Below, piece after piece: positions 9,602 to 21,273 of a DNA stretch of 64,000 nt (positions are counted from its first letter, which is position 1; the number at the start of each line of letters is the position of its first letter). The translations under genes and the position numbers were made by a program. The DNA lies in NCBI GenBank assembly GCA_023245355.1, contig JAHFKN010000005.1, positions 33,290 through 97,289 of the forward strand, read 5' to 3'. The notes under the pieces were generated by a model that worked only from the letters and a program-made list of their open reading frames with translations, was not told the origin of the DNA and made no database searches. The stretch is from Candidatus Gottesmanbacteria bacterium. Its GTDB lineage: Bacteria; Patescibacteriota; Microgenomatia; UBA10105; UBA927.

Positions 9602-11239
9602 ATGATTATCCTTATTCTGTTCGCGTTCTTCGGAGGGATCATCACTATTCTTTCCCCGTGCATACTCCCGGTGCTTCCGATTGTATTATCCGGAACCGTG
9701 ACCGGCGGCAAAAAACGGCCGCTCGGGGTGATTACCGGATTTATCATCAGCTTTTCGTTCTTTACATTGTTTTTAACGTCTATTGTCCGCGCGACAGGGC
9801 TTTCGGCTGATGTACTCCGATTCGTCGCCGCGTTCGTGATCGGATTTTCCGGATTAAGCCTTCTTATCCCCGCGCTCCGAACTATAACGGAAACCCTGCT
9901 GTCCAACGTCAGCCGGCTCGCTCCCAAACAAAACACCGGGGAAGGATATCTGTCGGGAATAGTAATCGGCATGAGTCTCGGACTTTTGTGGACACCGTGC
10001 GTCGGACCGATTTTAGCCTCAATTATCACGCTTGCGGCAACCAGCAGCGTCGGATTATCCGCCATCATCGTCACACTTTCGTATGCATTCGGCACAGCTA
10101 TCCCGCTTTTTGCCGTCATGACAGGAGGAAGAGTACTCCTCAACAGACACCCGTGGCTTACAACTCACACGGGTGCACTGCAAAAAGGATTCGGCGTACT
10201 TATGCTCCTTACGGCCATAGCCATCTACAATTCATGGGACAGGAACGTTCAGACCTATATTCTGCAAACGTTCCCTAAATACGGCGCGGGACTTACCAAA
10301 CTCGAAGACAACGCGCTTGTCCGCACACAATTACAAACGTTCAATAAAGGAGGGGCCATGATACCAAATATACTCAATTCAGATTACGGCAACGCACCGG
10401 ATTTTATCGCGGGCGGCCAATGGTTTAACAGTGAGCCGCTTACAATTGACGCGTTACGCGGCAAAGTTGTATTAGTCGATTTCTGGACATATACCTGTAT
10501 CAACTGCATCAGAACACTCCCGTATATCAAAGCATGGCACGAAAAATACAAAGACCGGGGTCTCGTAATCGTCGGCGTCCACACACCGGAGTTTGAATTT
10601 GAAAAAAATCCTATCAACGTCAAAAAGGCGCTCGGGGATTTCGGCATCACGTACCCGGTCGTACAGGACAATGACTATGCCACATGGCAGGCCTATGCCA
10701 ACCATTACTGGCCGGCCAAATATCTGGTCGATAAAAACGGAAGGATACGCTATACCCATTTCGGCGAGGGTGAGTATGACCAAACGGAAACGATGATCCA
10801 AACATTACTTTCGGAAACAGGTGCTGCCGTAAACATTCCGATCGTTAATCCAGCCTATCAGGTACAGACACGGACGCCGGAAACATACTTAGGGAAGGCG
10901 CGCGGAGATTACTCCCGCATCACTACGTCGGGCAAACTATCCCAATCAGAAGAATTTACCAATCCCTTACAGGGGGCCAGTCTCACGTACCGCTTTGACG
11001 CAACAGAGGTATTTCTCGTCATGCGGCCCAAAACACCCGGTACTGTGGCAAAAATAAAGGTCACGCTGGACGGAAAAGACGCGGGTGAATTCGCAGGAAG
11101 TGATGTGATAAACGGAGTGGTAACGATTGACGGCGACCGGCTTTACAAACTCATCAAACTCCCGGCAATCGGCACCCACATACTGAAACTGGAATTCCTG
11201 GACGGGAATGCGGAGCTTTACGCGTTTACATTCGGCTGA
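9602..11239 (+). CDS. dipZ: DipZ-like protein (CcdA/DsbD membrane domain + TlpA-like thioredoxin + C-terminal domain)
   Basis: SPCILPVLP and WTPCVGP membrane Cys pair; DFWTYTCINC thioredoxin; GVHTPEF; RTPETYLG. Confidence 0.88.
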   Translation: MIILILFAFFGGIITILSPCILPVLPIVLSGTVTGGKKRPLGVITGFIISFSFFTLFLTSIVRATGLSADVLRFVAAFVIGFSGLSLLIPALRTITETLLSNVSRLAPKQNTGEGYLSGIVIGMSLGLLWTPCVGPILASIITLAATSSVGLSAIIVTLSYAFGTAIPLFAVMTGGRVLLNRHPWLTTHTGALQKGFGVLMLLTAIAIYNSWDRNVQTYILQTFPKYGAGLTKLEDNALVRTQLQTFNKGGAMIPNILNSDYGNAPDFIAGGQWFNSEPLTIDALRGKVVLVDFWTYTCINCIRTLPYIKAWHEKYKDRGLVIVGVHTPEFEFEKNPINVKKALGDFGITYPVVQDNDYATWQAYANHYWPAKYLVDKNGRIRYTHFGEGEYDQTETMIQTLLSETGAAVNIPIVNPAYQVQTRTPETYLGKARGDYSRITTSGKLSQSEEFTNPLQGASLTYRFDATEVFLVMRPKTPGTVAKIKVTLDGKDAGEFAGSDVINGVVTIDGDRLYKLIKLPAIGTHILKLEFLDGNAELYAFTFG

Positions 11240-11240
11240 T

Positions 11241-11534
11241 TTATAATCCGATGACAAGCGGTTTGGACCACTGACAGGCGTTCCTGATGCAGGAACATTG
11301 TTTGCCCATAAGTTTTTGCGCGAGCTTGGGATCAGGATAACAGACAGTGGCTCCCCCGCCTGACCCGCAGATTTCTCCGTTGCACCCGCCTCTGCCGCAG
11401 TCAGCCGATACGGCGCATGCCTGATTACTGTTTAGCGATTGTAACTGCGGATCCGGTATCCGCAGCGGGGAAACATACCGCCATCCGAATAACAGCAGGA
11501 ATAATACTGCGACAACTATCACTATCCGTTTCAT
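11241..11534 (-). CDS. Membrane-anchored eight-cysteine-cluster domain protein
   Basis: N-terminal hydrophobic segment then C..DC..GGCNGEIC..C..CSC..CQW (8 Cys). Confidence 0.7.
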   Translation of the reverse strand: MKRIVIVVAVLFLLLFGWRYVSPLRIPDPQLQSLNSNQACAVSADCGRGGCNGEICGSGGGATVCYPDPKLAQKLMGKQCSCIRNACQWSKPLVIGL

Positions 11535-11551
11535 AACGATGACCGCCCGTC

Positions 11552-11938
11552 TCACGGATTTTCCGGCGGGAAAAAGATCAATTCGGTATAGTCTCTGCAC
11601 CGTTCGTCGTGGTCCGCTTTCAGCACCGCGATATCTTTTTTCTTCTCACGGAAAAACAGCATAAAAGTCGAAACAGCCGGACGGAGCCACGGGAGCAAGC
11701 GCGCCGGTGACCCGTTCTCTGCCTGTGCCAGGCATAAATCCCAGTCCGTTATCACGGTAAATGAATTGGTACACGACCCTTTCCGGTCGGCCAATACCGT
11801 CTGCGACTGGGTAGTAATCGTGTCCAGTGAATCCTGATACAGCTCATTGCAGGCTTTTGCCCGCTGCCGGAATCCCAACGCATAGGAAGAAAAAACAGCA
11901 AAACACAACACAATGACGATAAGAGGAATGAATTTCAA
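11552..11938 (-). CDS. Hypothetical exported protein with 4 Cys in the mature part
   Basis: Signal/TM N-terminus; co-oriented with neighbours. Confidence 0.6.
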   Translation of the reverse strand: MKFIPLIVIVLCFAVFSSYALGFRQRAKACNELYQDSLDTITTQSQTVLADRKGSCTNSFTVITDWDLCLAQAENGSPARLLPWLRPAVSTFMLFFREKKKDIAVLKADHDERCRDYTELIFFPPENP

Positions 11939-11949
11939 GTCTATGTATA

Positions 11950-12552
11950 TTATCCGTCTTTAAAATTCCACAATGCAAGCGCAACAAAGGTGCGGTACGG
12001 TTTCCACCTGCCGGACAACCGTTCCAGTTGCCGCACCGTCGGCTCGCGTTTCATGCGGTAGAGCATCTGGATTGCGCGCCGTAACCCCAAATCGCCGTAG
12101 GAAAACACGTCTTCCCTCCCCAACGAAAACATCAGAAACATTTCCGCGGTCCACCGGCCGATTCCTTTGACTGCGGTAAGACTCATGATAACCTCCTCAT
12201 CCGTCTTCGGGGAAAGCGAATTGAGCACAAGCGTTTTGTCTGACACGGCACCGGCCAATGCTTTCAGATATCCGGCTTTGGCTCCTGATATACCGGCACT
12301 GCGCAGTTCCTGATCGGGCTTAAGGAGAAGCAATCCCGGCGTCACGCGCTTATTCGGAAAAAGAGCGCGGAACCGGAGGAAAATTGTTCTGCCGGCTTTT
12401 TCTGATAGCTGCTGATTGATAATTGCCTCGGCCAAATCCAAGAACGGATTCTTGGAAACGGAAAGCTTCCTCGTTCCGATATGGGAAATGATCGGAGCAA
12501 GTACCGGGTCTGACGCAAGTAATTGCTGCCGGATACGGGAAAAATTGTTCAT
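11950..12552 (-). CDS. alkA: DNA-3-methyladenine glycosylase II (AlkA, HhH-GPD family)
   Basis: IINQQLS, LTAVKGIGRWTAEMFLMF HhH motif, GDLGLRR, WKPYRT. Confidence 0.88.
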   Translation of the reverse strand: MNNFSRIRQQLLASDPVLAPIISHIGTRKLSVSKNPFLDLAEAIINQQLSEKAGRTIFLRFRALFPNKRVTPGLLLLKPDQELRSAGISGAKAGYLKALAGAVSDKTLVLNSLSPKTDEEVIMSLTAVKGIGRWTAEMFLMFSLGREDVFSYGDLGLRRAIQMLYRMKREPTVRQLERLSGRWKPYRTFVALALWNFKDG

Positions 12553-12556
12553 ATGA

Positions 12557-13033
12557 TCAGTCGGCCGGATAATACTGTTCCAGTGTTCCGTGTGCGGGAA
12601 CAAACCCGAACTGCAATCTGCGGTTTACCATAATCTGATGATGCGGAGGGATGACAACGGCTGCTGCTATCCGGTCGTACACCATGCGCACGTAGTCTGC
12701 CATATGCCGGTCGCTGCCCTCCGGGAACCAAAATTCGGCAGAGCGCAGCATATCGCGGTCGATTTTGAGTACCCCCATGGCCCACGCGCGCCGGTACGAC
12801 GGAGCTGCTGCTGCCATAAGCTTCGGAAACTCTTCATCGTTGCGGCATTCGGCAAATACCGGCGGCGTCCGTCTGTCGGGGCGAAGCGGTATCCCGACCC
12901 GGATCCGCTGATCGATTCGCAGCATCCGTACATCAAGCGGGCTTTCTAATTCACGGGAAACAAATCGCTGTACGGGGTCAGTGTCACCCCAAATCGTGGG
13001 AACGTAATCTATGGTAAGCAGTTCGACCGGCAT
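12557..13033 (-). CDS. Hypothetical protein
   Basis: 158 aa ORF packed between rpsG and alkA in the same orientation. Confidence 0.6.
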   Translation of the reverse strand: MPVELLTIDYVPTIWGDTDPVQRFVSRELESPLDVRMLRIDQRIRVGIPLRPDRRTPPVFAECRNDEEFPKLMAAAAPSYRRAWAMGVLKIDRDMLRSAEFWFPEGSDRHMADYVRMVYDRIAAAVVIPPHHQIMVNRRLQFGFVPAHGTLEQYYPAD

Positions 13034-13055
13034 GAATTACCTAAGGTAATGCAAT

Positions 13056-13529
13056 TTACCACTTGAAGTGAGCAAACGCCTTGTTTGCATCTGCCATACG
13101 GTGCACGGTGTCACGCTTTTTGATCGCTTCGCCCGTTCCTTTGGACGCATCCAGAAGTTCAACGGCAAGCTTTTCGGCAAACGAATGGAATTCGCGGTTG
13201 GAACGTTTCTTGGCAAATTCCACAATCCAGCGGATAGCAAGTGCCACTCTTCTGTCTCCGCGGACTTCCATAGGAACCTGGTAACTTGCTCCTCCGACCC
13301 GGCGGGCTTTGACTTCTGTTTTGGGGCCAACCGTGTTTATTGCGGTTTCGAATACTTTGATCGGATCCTCGCCCTTTTCCTTGATGATATCGAGCGCTTT
13401 GTATACGAGTGCCTCTGCAACCGTTTTTTTGCCGCTCAACATGACGCGGTTTATAAATCTCGACACTAACCTGCTGCCGTAGACCGGATCTGCAGGAAGT
13501 AATTTATGATATGTTTTGCTTGTTCTCAT
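13056..13529 (-). CDS. rpsG: 30S ribosomal protein S7
   Basis: [24 protein letters not shown]. Confidence 0.98.
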   Translation of the reverse strand: MRTSKTYHKLLPADPVYGSRLVSRFINRVMLSGKKTVAEALVYKALDIIKEKGEDPIKVFETAINTVGPKTEVKARRVGGASYQVPMEVRGDRRVALAIRWIVEFAKKRSNREFHSFAEKLAVELLDASKGTGEAIKKRDTVHRMADANKAFAHFKW

Positions 13530-13543
13530 AAGAATGCTTCGTA

Positions 13544-13981
13544 TTATGATGCTTTGGCGGGAACCGGCCCGTCATTTGTTTTTTTGGTTCCGTATCGGCT
13601 GCGTCCCTGGCGGCGTGTTACAACGCCTGTCGTATCAAACTTTCCGCGGACGATATGGTATTTGACTCCTGGTAAATCAGGAACACGGCCTCCGCGGATC
13701 AAAACGATTGCGTGTTCCGTCAGCTCATGTCCGATACCCGGGATATACGCCGTCACTTCCTGTTTGTTGGAAAGTCTCACTCTGGCCACTTTACGAAGTG
13801 CTGAGTTCGGCTTCTTCGGTGTCATGGTTTTGACGAGTGTTACCACTCCGCGTTTAAACGGAGCCGGCAACGTCTTGGTGATACCGTCTTTCGCATTAAA
13901 AAATTTGCGCAACGCGGTAGCCTTGATCTTTTTGGCTTTGCGATGTCTTCCGTGTCTGACTAATTGATTTACTGTCGGCAT
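13544..13981 (-). CDS. rpsL: 30S ribosomal protein S12
   Basis: [30 protein letters not shown]. Confidence 0.98.
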   Translation of the reverse strand: MPTVNQLVRHGRHRKAKKIKATALRKFFNAKDGITKTLPAPFKRGVVTLVKTMTPKKPNSALRKVARVRLSNKQEVTAYIPGIGHELTEHAIVLIRGGRVPDLPGVKYHIVRGKFDTTGVVTRRQGRSRYGTKKTNDGPVPAKAS

Positions 13982-13987
13982 ACTATA

Positions 13988-16900
13988 TTACTCCCGTATC
14001 ATTGCCCGTTCTGCTGAAACAGGAATGAGTCGTCCGATTATAACGTTTTCTTTGAGTCCTAACAACTTGTCTTCTTTGGTCGCAAGCGCTGCATCGGTCA
14101 ACACGTTGGTTGTTTCCTGGAAACTTGCGGCTGACAACCAGCTCTCCGTATAGAGTGCGGCGCGGGTAATACCCAGTACGACGATGTGTGCAGTCGCCGG
14201 TTCTCCGCCTTCAGCAAGTACCCGTGCGTTTTCTTCGCGGAACCGGTTTTTGTCAACCAATTCTCCGGGCAACAGCATCGTATCCCCTGACGTATCAATA
14301 CGCACTTTGTCACTCATCTTGCGCACGATTGCCTCAAAATGTTTGTCATGGATGGAAATACCCTGAGACTCGTATACCTTCTGGACTTCCCCGATCAGGT
14401 AATACTGCGCTCCGATAAGCCCCCGTACCTGCAGCACTTCCTTCACATCCAGATATCCGCTGCCGAGCTGGTCGCCTGCGGCGACGAGATCGCCGGTCTT
14501 TACATTGATTTCACTCGTGAGCGGAACAAGATATTCCCGTTCTTCCGGCGGCTTCATGGTGGTATTGGTGATTTTCACCTTATACCCCTGCGGGGTCTCG
14601 GTCACTTCTGCCTTGCCTGCGATTTCAGCAACAGGAGACAGGTTTCTCGGTGTCCGTGCTTCAAATAACTCTTCCACACGCGGCAACCCCTGGGTAACGT
14701 CGAGTCCGACGATACCTCCGGCATGACGCACACGCATGGTCAGCTGTGTACCCGGTTCTCCGATAGACTGTGCGGCCATGACTCCGACCGGTGTTCCGAT
14801 CTCAACCAGTTTGGTGGTCGCGTAGTCACGTCCGTAACAGGTGGCGCAGATACCGATTTTTGCGGCACAGGCAATCGGTGAGCGGACCAGCACTGCTTCT
14901 ACATTGGCTTCATCAACCAGCTTGGCCGTTTCTTCCGTAATTTCTTCTCCCTGTTTCACAAGTACTTTCTTGCTTCCGGGTACCAGAATATCTTCTGCAC
15001 TGAATCTGCCTGCAAGGCGGTTGGCAAACGGAATCTGACGTCCGTCTTTTCTGGACAACACCCAGCCTTCCGTAGTTCCGCAGTCAGCCAGACGGATAAT
15101 GACATCGTGTGCCACATCGACCAACCGGCGGGTCAAATACCCTGCATCGGCGGTCTTGAGTGCCGAATCGGTAAGTCCCTTGCGGGATCCGCGGGTACTT
15201 GTCACGTATTCGAAAATAGAAAGTCCTTCGCGGTAGTTACTCTTGGTCGGAAGTTCCACGATTTTCCCGAGCGGATCGACGACCAATCCTTTGATAGCAC
15301 ACAATTGCTTCAGTTGATCTTTGGAAGCCCGAGCCCCTCCGGAATCGATAATCATCTTCACCGGATTATCTGCCGCCAGCCGTTCCCAGGTAAGATCCGC
15401 GATACGTTCCGTCACTTCGATCCAGACTTCATTGGACAACCGTTTCTTCTCTTCGATGGTGATAAGACCCATCTGGAAATTCTGATCGATTTCTTTGGCT
15501 TTGGTATCGGCACCTTTGATGATTTCGCCCTTTTCCGCAATGGATTTGTTATCAAATACGGACACGGATAATCCGCCGCAGAGTGTGGCTCCGTAAAATC
15601 CGATGTCTTTGATCGCGTCGATAAGATGCGTAACTTCTTCTTTGGTGTACATGCCGAATGCTTTGGTAATAAGCTGCTTGATAGTCGCGGCTTTTACCGG
15701 TGCATTGATGTAGCGGAGCCCTTCCGGCAACACTTCATTGAACATGAGCTTCCCGACGCTTGTCACTGTCATGACACCGTTAATCCGGATTTTGATCGGT
15801 GAACGGAGCGGCACTTTGCCGGTCTGATTGGCGTAGATTGCTTCCGCTTCGTCAGAGAATATCGGAATCAGCTTGTCTTCCATTTTTTCTTTGGACGGAT
15901 CGACGGTGGTGAGATAGTAGCAGCCGATAATCATTTCCTTGTTCGGAACCGTGATCGGAGATCCGTCAGCGGGTTTTAACAAGTTGTGCGTCGGCAACAT
16001 GAGATCGATTGCTTCCTGCTGGGCTGCTCCCGAAAGCGGGATATGGACTGCCATCTGGTCTCCGTCAAAGTCGGCGTTGTATCCGGCACAGACACACGGA
16101 TGAATCCGGATTGCGGCACCCTCAATCAATACCGGGTAAAATGCCTGGAATCCTAACTTGTGCAGGGTAGGTGCACGGTTCAACATGACCGGATGATTCT
16201 TCGTGATTTCTTCCAGTATGTCGTATACTTCGGGGGTTCTGCGTTCCAGTACGTTTTTGGCGTTTTTCACATTAGGAGCAATACCGCGTACGATCAACTC
16301 GCGGAGAACAAACGGCTTGAACATCTCAAGCGCCATTTCTTTCGGAAGTCCGCATTGATTGAGCTTCAACTCCGGTCCTACGACGATGACGGAACGACCC
16401 GAATAATCAACGCGTTTTCCAAGCAGGTTCTGACGGAACCGACCCTGTTTGCCGCGAAGCATGTCGGAAAGACTGCGGAGCGGCTGGATCACCGTTCTGC
16501 TGCTCGGGCGTTGGGTTGCGTCTATCAAACTATCGACTGCTTCCTGCAACATGCGTTTTTCGTTGCGCAGAATGATTTCCGGCGCACCCAAATCCATAAG
16601 GTGCTTCAAACGGTTATTGCGGTTGATGACACGGCGGTACAAATCGTTCAGATCGGATGTGGCAAACCGACCCCCGGTCAGCTGCACCATAGGGCGCAAA
16701 TCCGGAGGAATAACCGGCAGCATATGCATGACCATCCAGGCCGGATTGATCATGGATTTACGCATACCGTCTACCACACGCAGGCGTTTCGTCGCTTTGA
16801 CGTGGCGCTGTCCGCTGGAATTCTGAATCTCTTCACGGAGCTCTGCTGCTAATTTATCCAGATCGATCTTTTTGACGACTTCGAGCATTGCTTCCGCTCC

Positions 16901-17710
16901 CATGCCGACCTTGAGAAACGACGCGGCATCGTAGTCCAGGAGACGTAAATATTCGTCTTCGGTGATCGTCACGCGCGGCTTGATACTTTTGACAATTGCC
17001 GTAATCTGCTCGATAACCTGCTGGATTTTGCCTGATTCCTTCTCGACCTGATCATCGAGTGTTGCAAATTCCTGACGTTCCCGGAGCGTTAACTCGGAAA
17101 TTGCCAAGTCCTGGGCTTCTTTGCCCTGAACGGATGCGATGACGTCGGCTTTTTCTTTGGCGACTTCTTTTTTGCGCTTTTCACGCTCTGTATTCACCCG
17201 GCTCGTCAGATCGGCAATGCGCTTTTCTCCCTGCTGTGCAAGTCCGGTAAGCACTTTTTTCTTCTCATCGTCATCGACTGCGACGACCAGATACTGTGCA
17301 AAGTAGATGACACCTTCAAGCGCGCGCGGAGAAATATCCAGAAGCAATGACAGTTTGCTCGGAGCACCTTTGAAAAACCATACATGAGCCACGGGAGCTG
17401 CCAGCGTGATGTGGCCCATGCGCTCGCGCCGTACTTTACTCTGGGTAACTTCGACACCGCATTTATCACAGACAATTCCGCGGTACCGGATCCTCTTGTA
17501 TTTGCCGCAGTAACATTCCCAGTCCTTGGTAGGTCCGAAAATGCGTTCGTCAAATAATCCGTCTTTTTCCGGTTTGAGGGTGCGGTAGTTGATTGTTTCC
17601 GGTTTGATAACCTCGCCGTATGACCAGGATTTGACCTCGTCAGGAGACGCGAGTTTGATAAGTAACCCGGTAAAATCAACGATATTTGCGAAATTTCCTT
17701 TTTTGTCCAT
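13988..17710 (-). CDS. rpoC: RNA polymerase beta' subunit
   Basis: [12 protein letters not shown] catalytic motif, [23 protein letters not shown]. Confidence 0.99.
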   Translation of the reverse strand: MDKKGNFANIVDFTGLLIKLASPDEVKSWSYGEVIKPETINYRTLKPEKDGLFDERIFGPTKDWECYCGKYKRIRYRGIVCDKCGVEVTQSKVRRERMGHITLAAPVAHVWFFKGAPSKLSLLLDISPRALEGVIYFAQYLVVAVDDDEKKKVLTGLAQQGEKRIADLTSRVNTEREKRKKEVAKEKADVIASVQGKEAQDLAISELTLRERQEFATLDDQVEKESGKIQQVIEQITAIVKSIKPRVTITEDEYLRLLDYDAASFLKVGMGAEAMLEVVKKIDLDKLAAELREEIQNSSGQRHVKATKRLRVVDGMRKSMINPAWMVMHMLPVIPPDLRPMVQLTGGRFATSDLNDLYRRVINRNNRLKHLMDLGAPEIILRNEKRMLQEAVDSLIDATQRPSSRTVIQPLRSLSDMLRGKQGRFRQNLLGKRVDYSGRSVIVVGPELKLNQCGLPKEMALEMFKPFVLRELIVRGIAPNVKNAKNVLERRTPEVYDILEEITKNHPVMLNRAPTLHKLGFQAFYPVLIEGAAIRIHPCVCAGYNADFDGDQMAVHIPLSGAAQQEAIDLMLPTHNLLKPADGSPITVPNKEMIIGCYYLTTVDPSKEKMEDKLIPIFSDEAEAIYANQTGKVPLRSPIKIRINGVMTVTSVGKLMFNEVLPEGLRYINAPVKAATIKQLITKAFGMYTKEEVTHLIDAIKDIGFYGATLCGGLSVSVFDNKSIAEKGEIIKGADTKAKEIDQNFQMGLITIEEKKRLSNEVWIEVTERIADLTWERLAADNPVKMIIDSGGARASKDQLKQLCAIKGLVVDPLGKIVELPTKSNYREGLSIFEYVTSTRGSRKGLTDSALKTADAGYLTRRLVDVAHDVIIRLADCGTTEGWVLSRKDGRQIPFANRLAGRFSAEDILVPGSKKVLVKQGEEITEETAKLVDEANVEAVLVRSPIACAAKIGICATCYGRDYATTKLVEIGTPVGVMAAQSIGEPGTQLTMRVRHAGGIVGLDVTQGLPRVEELFEARTPRNLSPVAEIAGKAEVTETPQGYKVKITNTTMKPPEEREYLVPLTSEINVKTGDLVAAGDQLGSGYLDVKEVLQVRGLIGAQYYLIGEVQKVYESQGISIHDKHFEAIVRKMSDKVRIDTSGDTMLLPGELVDKNRFREENARVLAEGGEPATAHIVVLGITRAALYTESWLSAASFQETTNVLTDAALATKEDKLLGLKENVIIGRLIPVSAERAMIRE

Positions 17711-17711
17711 G

Positions 17712-20700
17712 TTATTCTCCTTCTTTAACCGGCGCTTCCGCAGCTTTTACTTCCGGTTCTTCCTGTACTGTTTCCTGTCCGCTCACTTCCGCAAGTTCCT
17801 TGGCAACTTTTTCCACGACTTCTTCTTTGACCGTGTCGGAAATCACCGGCGGCTTGGCCGTGACGACTCCCGTCGGGATAACATTAAGCCCCAATGCCTG
17901 CAGTTCTTTGACCAATACTTTGAACGATTCCGGAACAGTTGACGCCGGGATATCGGTTCCCTTGACGATGGCTTCGAATGCTTTCGCGCGTCCTACCACG
18001 TCGTCGGATTTGATCGTTAACATTTCCTGCAATATGTGTGCTGCGCGGTGGGATTCGAGTGCCCAGACTTCCATTTCTCCCAACCGTTGTCCTCCCATTT
18101 GCGCTTTTCCGCCGAGCGGCTGTTGCGTCACCAGTGAGTACGGTCCGGTGCTTCTGGCATGTGTCTTGTCTTCTACCATGTGGATAAGCTTTAAGATGTA
18201 GCCGATACCGACCACGATGGGTTCTGCGTACGGTTCGCCTGTTTTTCCGTCATAGAGCGTACTCTTGCCGGAAAGCGGCAGTCCGACTTTTTCCATTTGC
18301 CCGGTCATCCGGTCTTCCGATACGTGTTCAAACACCGGAAGCGCGACTTTGATGTTCAGTTTGGATTCCGCGAGCCCAAGATGTGCTTCCAGTAATTGGC
18401 CCAAATTCATACGGGACAATACGGAAAGCGGCGAGATGATGATGTCGATGACGGTTCCGTCTGCCAAATACGGCATGTCTGCTTCTTTGACGATTTTGGA
18501 GATGACGCCTTTGTTCCCGTGGCGTCCGGCCAATTTGTCTCCGACGACGACTTTACGCATCTGCGCCACTTTTACGATAATCTTGCGGTTGGTTCCCGGT
18601 TCCAGTTCATCGCCTTTTTCTTTGTCCAGAGTCACGACATCGATGACGGTTCCGCGTTCGCCGTGCGGCAGCCGCAGAGACGTATCGCGTACTTCACGGG
18701 CTTTTTCTCCGAATATGGCGCGCAGCAGTCGTTCTTCTGCAGTCAGTTCGGTTTCACCCTTCGGCGCGATTTTTCCTACCAGGATATCATTGGGACCGAC
18801 ATCGGCTCCGACGACGACAACGCCGCTTTCATCTAAGTTCCGGAGTGCTTCCTCGCCGACATTGGGAATATCGCGGGTTGTTTCTTCCGGTCCAAGCTTC
18901 GTGTCTACGACACTGCATTCATGTTCTTCGATGTGGACACTTGTCAGTAAATCTTCGCGTACCAAACGGGAAGAAATCACGATAGCGTCTTCATAGCCCA
19001 ATCCTTCATAACTCATGTAGGCAATCGTCAGGTTGGATCCCAGTGCCAATTCTCCGTTTTCTGAGGCCGGTGCTTCGATTAACACGTCTCCTGCCTGTAC
19101 TTTGTCACCGATATTGACGAGCACTTTCTGGTTGTAGCATGTCGATTGTGATGTCCGCTTGAATTTCTGCGGTTCGTAGGAATTGATATCGCCGTTCTTG
19201 TATTTCACTTTCACGAGCCCTGCGTCTGAGTAAATAACCTCTCCGTCGTCCGTGGCTTTTACCAGTCTGCCCATGGCTTCTACAACAGCCCCTTCCATAC
19301 CTGTTCCCACAACCGGAGACTGCGGGATCAGAAGCGGAACTGCCTGACACTGCATGTGCGTACCCATCAGGGCACGGTTGGCCTCATCGTGTGCCAAAAA
19401 CGGAATAAGAGATGCCGGAGCACCGACGACCTGCCTCGGAACGATATCGATATATTCGATATTGGAAGCATCCGTTTCCATGTAATCGCCCTTGAACCGG
19501 ACCGGGACACGGTCAGCCAGGATAAATCCGTCGCTGTCTTTGGGTAATTCTGCGTGCGTGATGTAGTGCTGCATCTCGTCATTGGCGTCCAGGTAGACGA
19601 TATCGCCCGTTGCCCGGATCTTGGTTTTATCGCCTCGTGTCACTTTTTCTACTTTGCGGTACGGAGATTCCAGGAATCCGTATTCGTTTACCCGGGCGTA
19701 GAGCGCCATATAGGTTACCAAACCGATATTCGGTCCTTCCGGACTTCTGACTGGATCGACGCGGCCGTATTGTGATGCATTGATGTCACGGATAGAGAAG
19801 CTCGCGCGTTCCCGGGAAATTCCGCCGACTCCCATAACCGTCAGACGGCGCAGGTTGTCGATTTCCGCCAGAGGATTTGTCTGATCCAATATCGTGGAAA
19901 GCTGGCTGGTACGGAAAAAGTCATTGATCGATGCGATAATCGGGCGTGCATTCACGAGATGCGTCGGGGTCAGATCTTCCGCATTCGGACCTGCTAAACT
20001 CATTTTCTCACGGATAGACCGTTCAAGCCTGAGTACGCCGACTCTGAATGCATTCGTCGCTACCAATTCTCCTACGCGGCGTACCCGTCGGTTGCCGAGG
20101 TGATCGATATCATCGACGTCGCCTTTGCCGTTTGCCAATGTAATAAGGTATTTGATGCCGCCGACGATATCGTCTTTTGTCAGCACCCAGTTTTCCTTAA
20201 GATTCGGAACGGTAAGACCCAATTTTTTGTTCATCTTGTAGCGGCCGACGCGCTCTAAGGAATACCGGCGGTAGTCAAAGAACATGGTGCGCAGGAGTTC
20301 CTGTGCGTTGTCCAGTACGATCGGCTCTCCCGGGCGGAGCTTGCGGTACAGTTCCAAAACGGCCTCGTTGGAGTCCGTGGTCGTGTCTTTGGCAAGCGTC
20401 GCTTTGATGAACTGATGTTCCGGATTTACGTCGACATCGGCAAACAGGCGCTGAATCTCTTCGTTGGATCCGAATCCGACTGCGCGTAAAAATGTGGACG
20501 CCACAAACTTGCGGCGGCGGTCGATTCTCACCATCAGCACGTCATTTCTCGTTACGAAAAATTCCAGCCAGCTGCCGTGCATCGGGCGGATTTCCGCACT
20601 ATATAATGTGCGCCCCGTCGAAGGATCCACTTCTCCGGTCAGGTAAATACCCGGGGAACGGACCAATTGGTTCACGACGCAGCGCTCGATACCGTTGATG

Positions 20701-21068
20701 ACGAACGTTCCGCGTTCTGTCATGGCGGGTATATCTCCTAAAAATACTTCCTGGGTGAGTTGGTGTCCTGTTTGTTTGTTGGTGAGAGTTGCTTTTACTT
20801 TGAGGGGCATGTCGAAGGTGAGGCCTTTTTGCTGCGCAATTTCCGGGGTAAGCCGCGGTCGTCCGAAATAATAATCCCCGAATGCCAGTTCCCAATTCTT
20901 TCCGGTGAAATCCGTCATCGGCGTCACTTCGGAAAGCAGTTCTTTAATTCCGTGTTCCAAAAACCATTGATATGACTCGCGCTGTACGAGGGTAAGATCC
21001 ATTTTCGGAAGATCCGGATACTCGGTTCCCCAAAAATCGCGCTTGTAATTGGAAGCTTTTGATGCCAT
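17712..21068 (-). CDS. rpoB: RNA polymerase beta subunit
   Basis: [36 protein letters not shown]. Confidence 0.99.
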   Translation of the reverse strand: MASKASNYKRDFWGTEYPDLPKMDLTLVQRESYQWFLEHGIKELLSEVTPMTDFTGKNWELAFGDYYFGRPRLTPEIAQQKGLTFDMPLKVKATLTNKQTGHQLTQEVFLGDIPAMTERGTFVINGIERCVVNQLVRSPGIYLTGEVDPSTGRTLYSAEIRPMHGSWLEFFVTRNDVLMVRIDRRRKFVASTFLRAVGFGSNEEIQRLFADVDVNPEHQFIKATLAKDTTTDSNEAVLELYRKLRPGEPIVLDNAQELLRTMFFDYRRYSLERVGRYKMNKKLGLTVPNLKENWVLTKDDIVGGIKYLITLANGKGDVDDIDHLGNRRVRRVGELVATNAFRVGVLRLERSIREKMSLAGPNAEDLTPTHLVNARPIIASINDFFRTSQLSTILDQTNPLAEIDNLRRLTVMGVGGISRERASFSIRDINASQYGRVDPVRSPEGPNIGLVTYMALYARVNEYGFLESPYRKVEKVTRGDKTKIRATGDIVYLDANDEMQHYITHAELPKDSDGFILADRVPVRFKGDYMETDASNIEYIDIVPRQVVGAPASLIPFLAHDEANRALMGTHMQCQAVPLLIPQSPVVGTGMEGAVVEAMGRLVKATDDGEVIYSDAGLVKVKYKNGDINSYEPQKFKRTSQSTCYNQKVLVNIGDKVQAGDVLIEAPASENGELALGSNLTIAYMSYEGLGYEDAIVISSRLVREDLLTSVHIEEHECSVVDTKLGPEETTRDIPNVGEEALRNLDESGVVVVGADVGPNDILVGKIAPKGETELTAEERLLRAIFGEKAREVRDTSLRLPHGERGTVIDVVTLDKEKGDELEPGTNRKIIVKVAQMRKVVVGDKLAGRHGNKGVISKIVKEADMPYLADGTVIDIIISPLSVLSRMNLGQLLEAHLGLAESKLNIKVALPVFEHVSEDRMTGQMEKVGLPLSGKSTLYDGKTGEPYAEPIVVGIGYILKLIHMVEDKTHARSTGPYSLVTQQPLGGKAQMGGQRLGEMEVWALESHRAAHILQEMLTIKSDDVVGRAKAFEAIVKGTDIPASTVPESFKVLVKELQALGLNVIPTGVVTAKPPVISDTVKEEVVEKVAKELAEVSGQETVQEEPEVKAAEAPVKEGE

Positions 21069-21117
21069 CTATAATTCCTTATAAAATACCGCCGGTTTGT
21101 ATGTTGTAAAGAACGAC

Positions 21118-21150
21118 AAAAAGAAGCGAACAATGAACGTTCGCCTCCTT
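21118..21150 (-). terminator. Terminator-like hairpin in the rpoB leader
   Basis: AAGGAGGCGAAC-GTTCATT-GTTCGCTTCTTTTT. Confidence 0.6.
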
Positions 21151-21170
21151 AAGGCTATTCAAGTTACATA

Positions 21171-21198
21171 ATTATAACCGCGTTTGGCAGTTTGTCAA
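21171..21198 (-). promoter_or_regulatory. Consensus sigma70 promoter for rpoBC
   Basis: TTGACA-N16-TATAAT. Confidence 0.8.
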
Positions 21199-21218
21199 GC
21201 AGGCAGTAACGGGCCGCA

Positions 21219-21248
21219 TTGACACAGTGTTCACCGGCACCTCATACT
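21219..21248 (+). promoter_or_regulatory. Divergent sigma70-type promoter
   Basis: TTGACA-N18-CATACT followed by SD AAGGAGG. Confidence 0.55.
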
Positions 21249-21273
21249 TACTATATATAAAGGAGGGATATCT

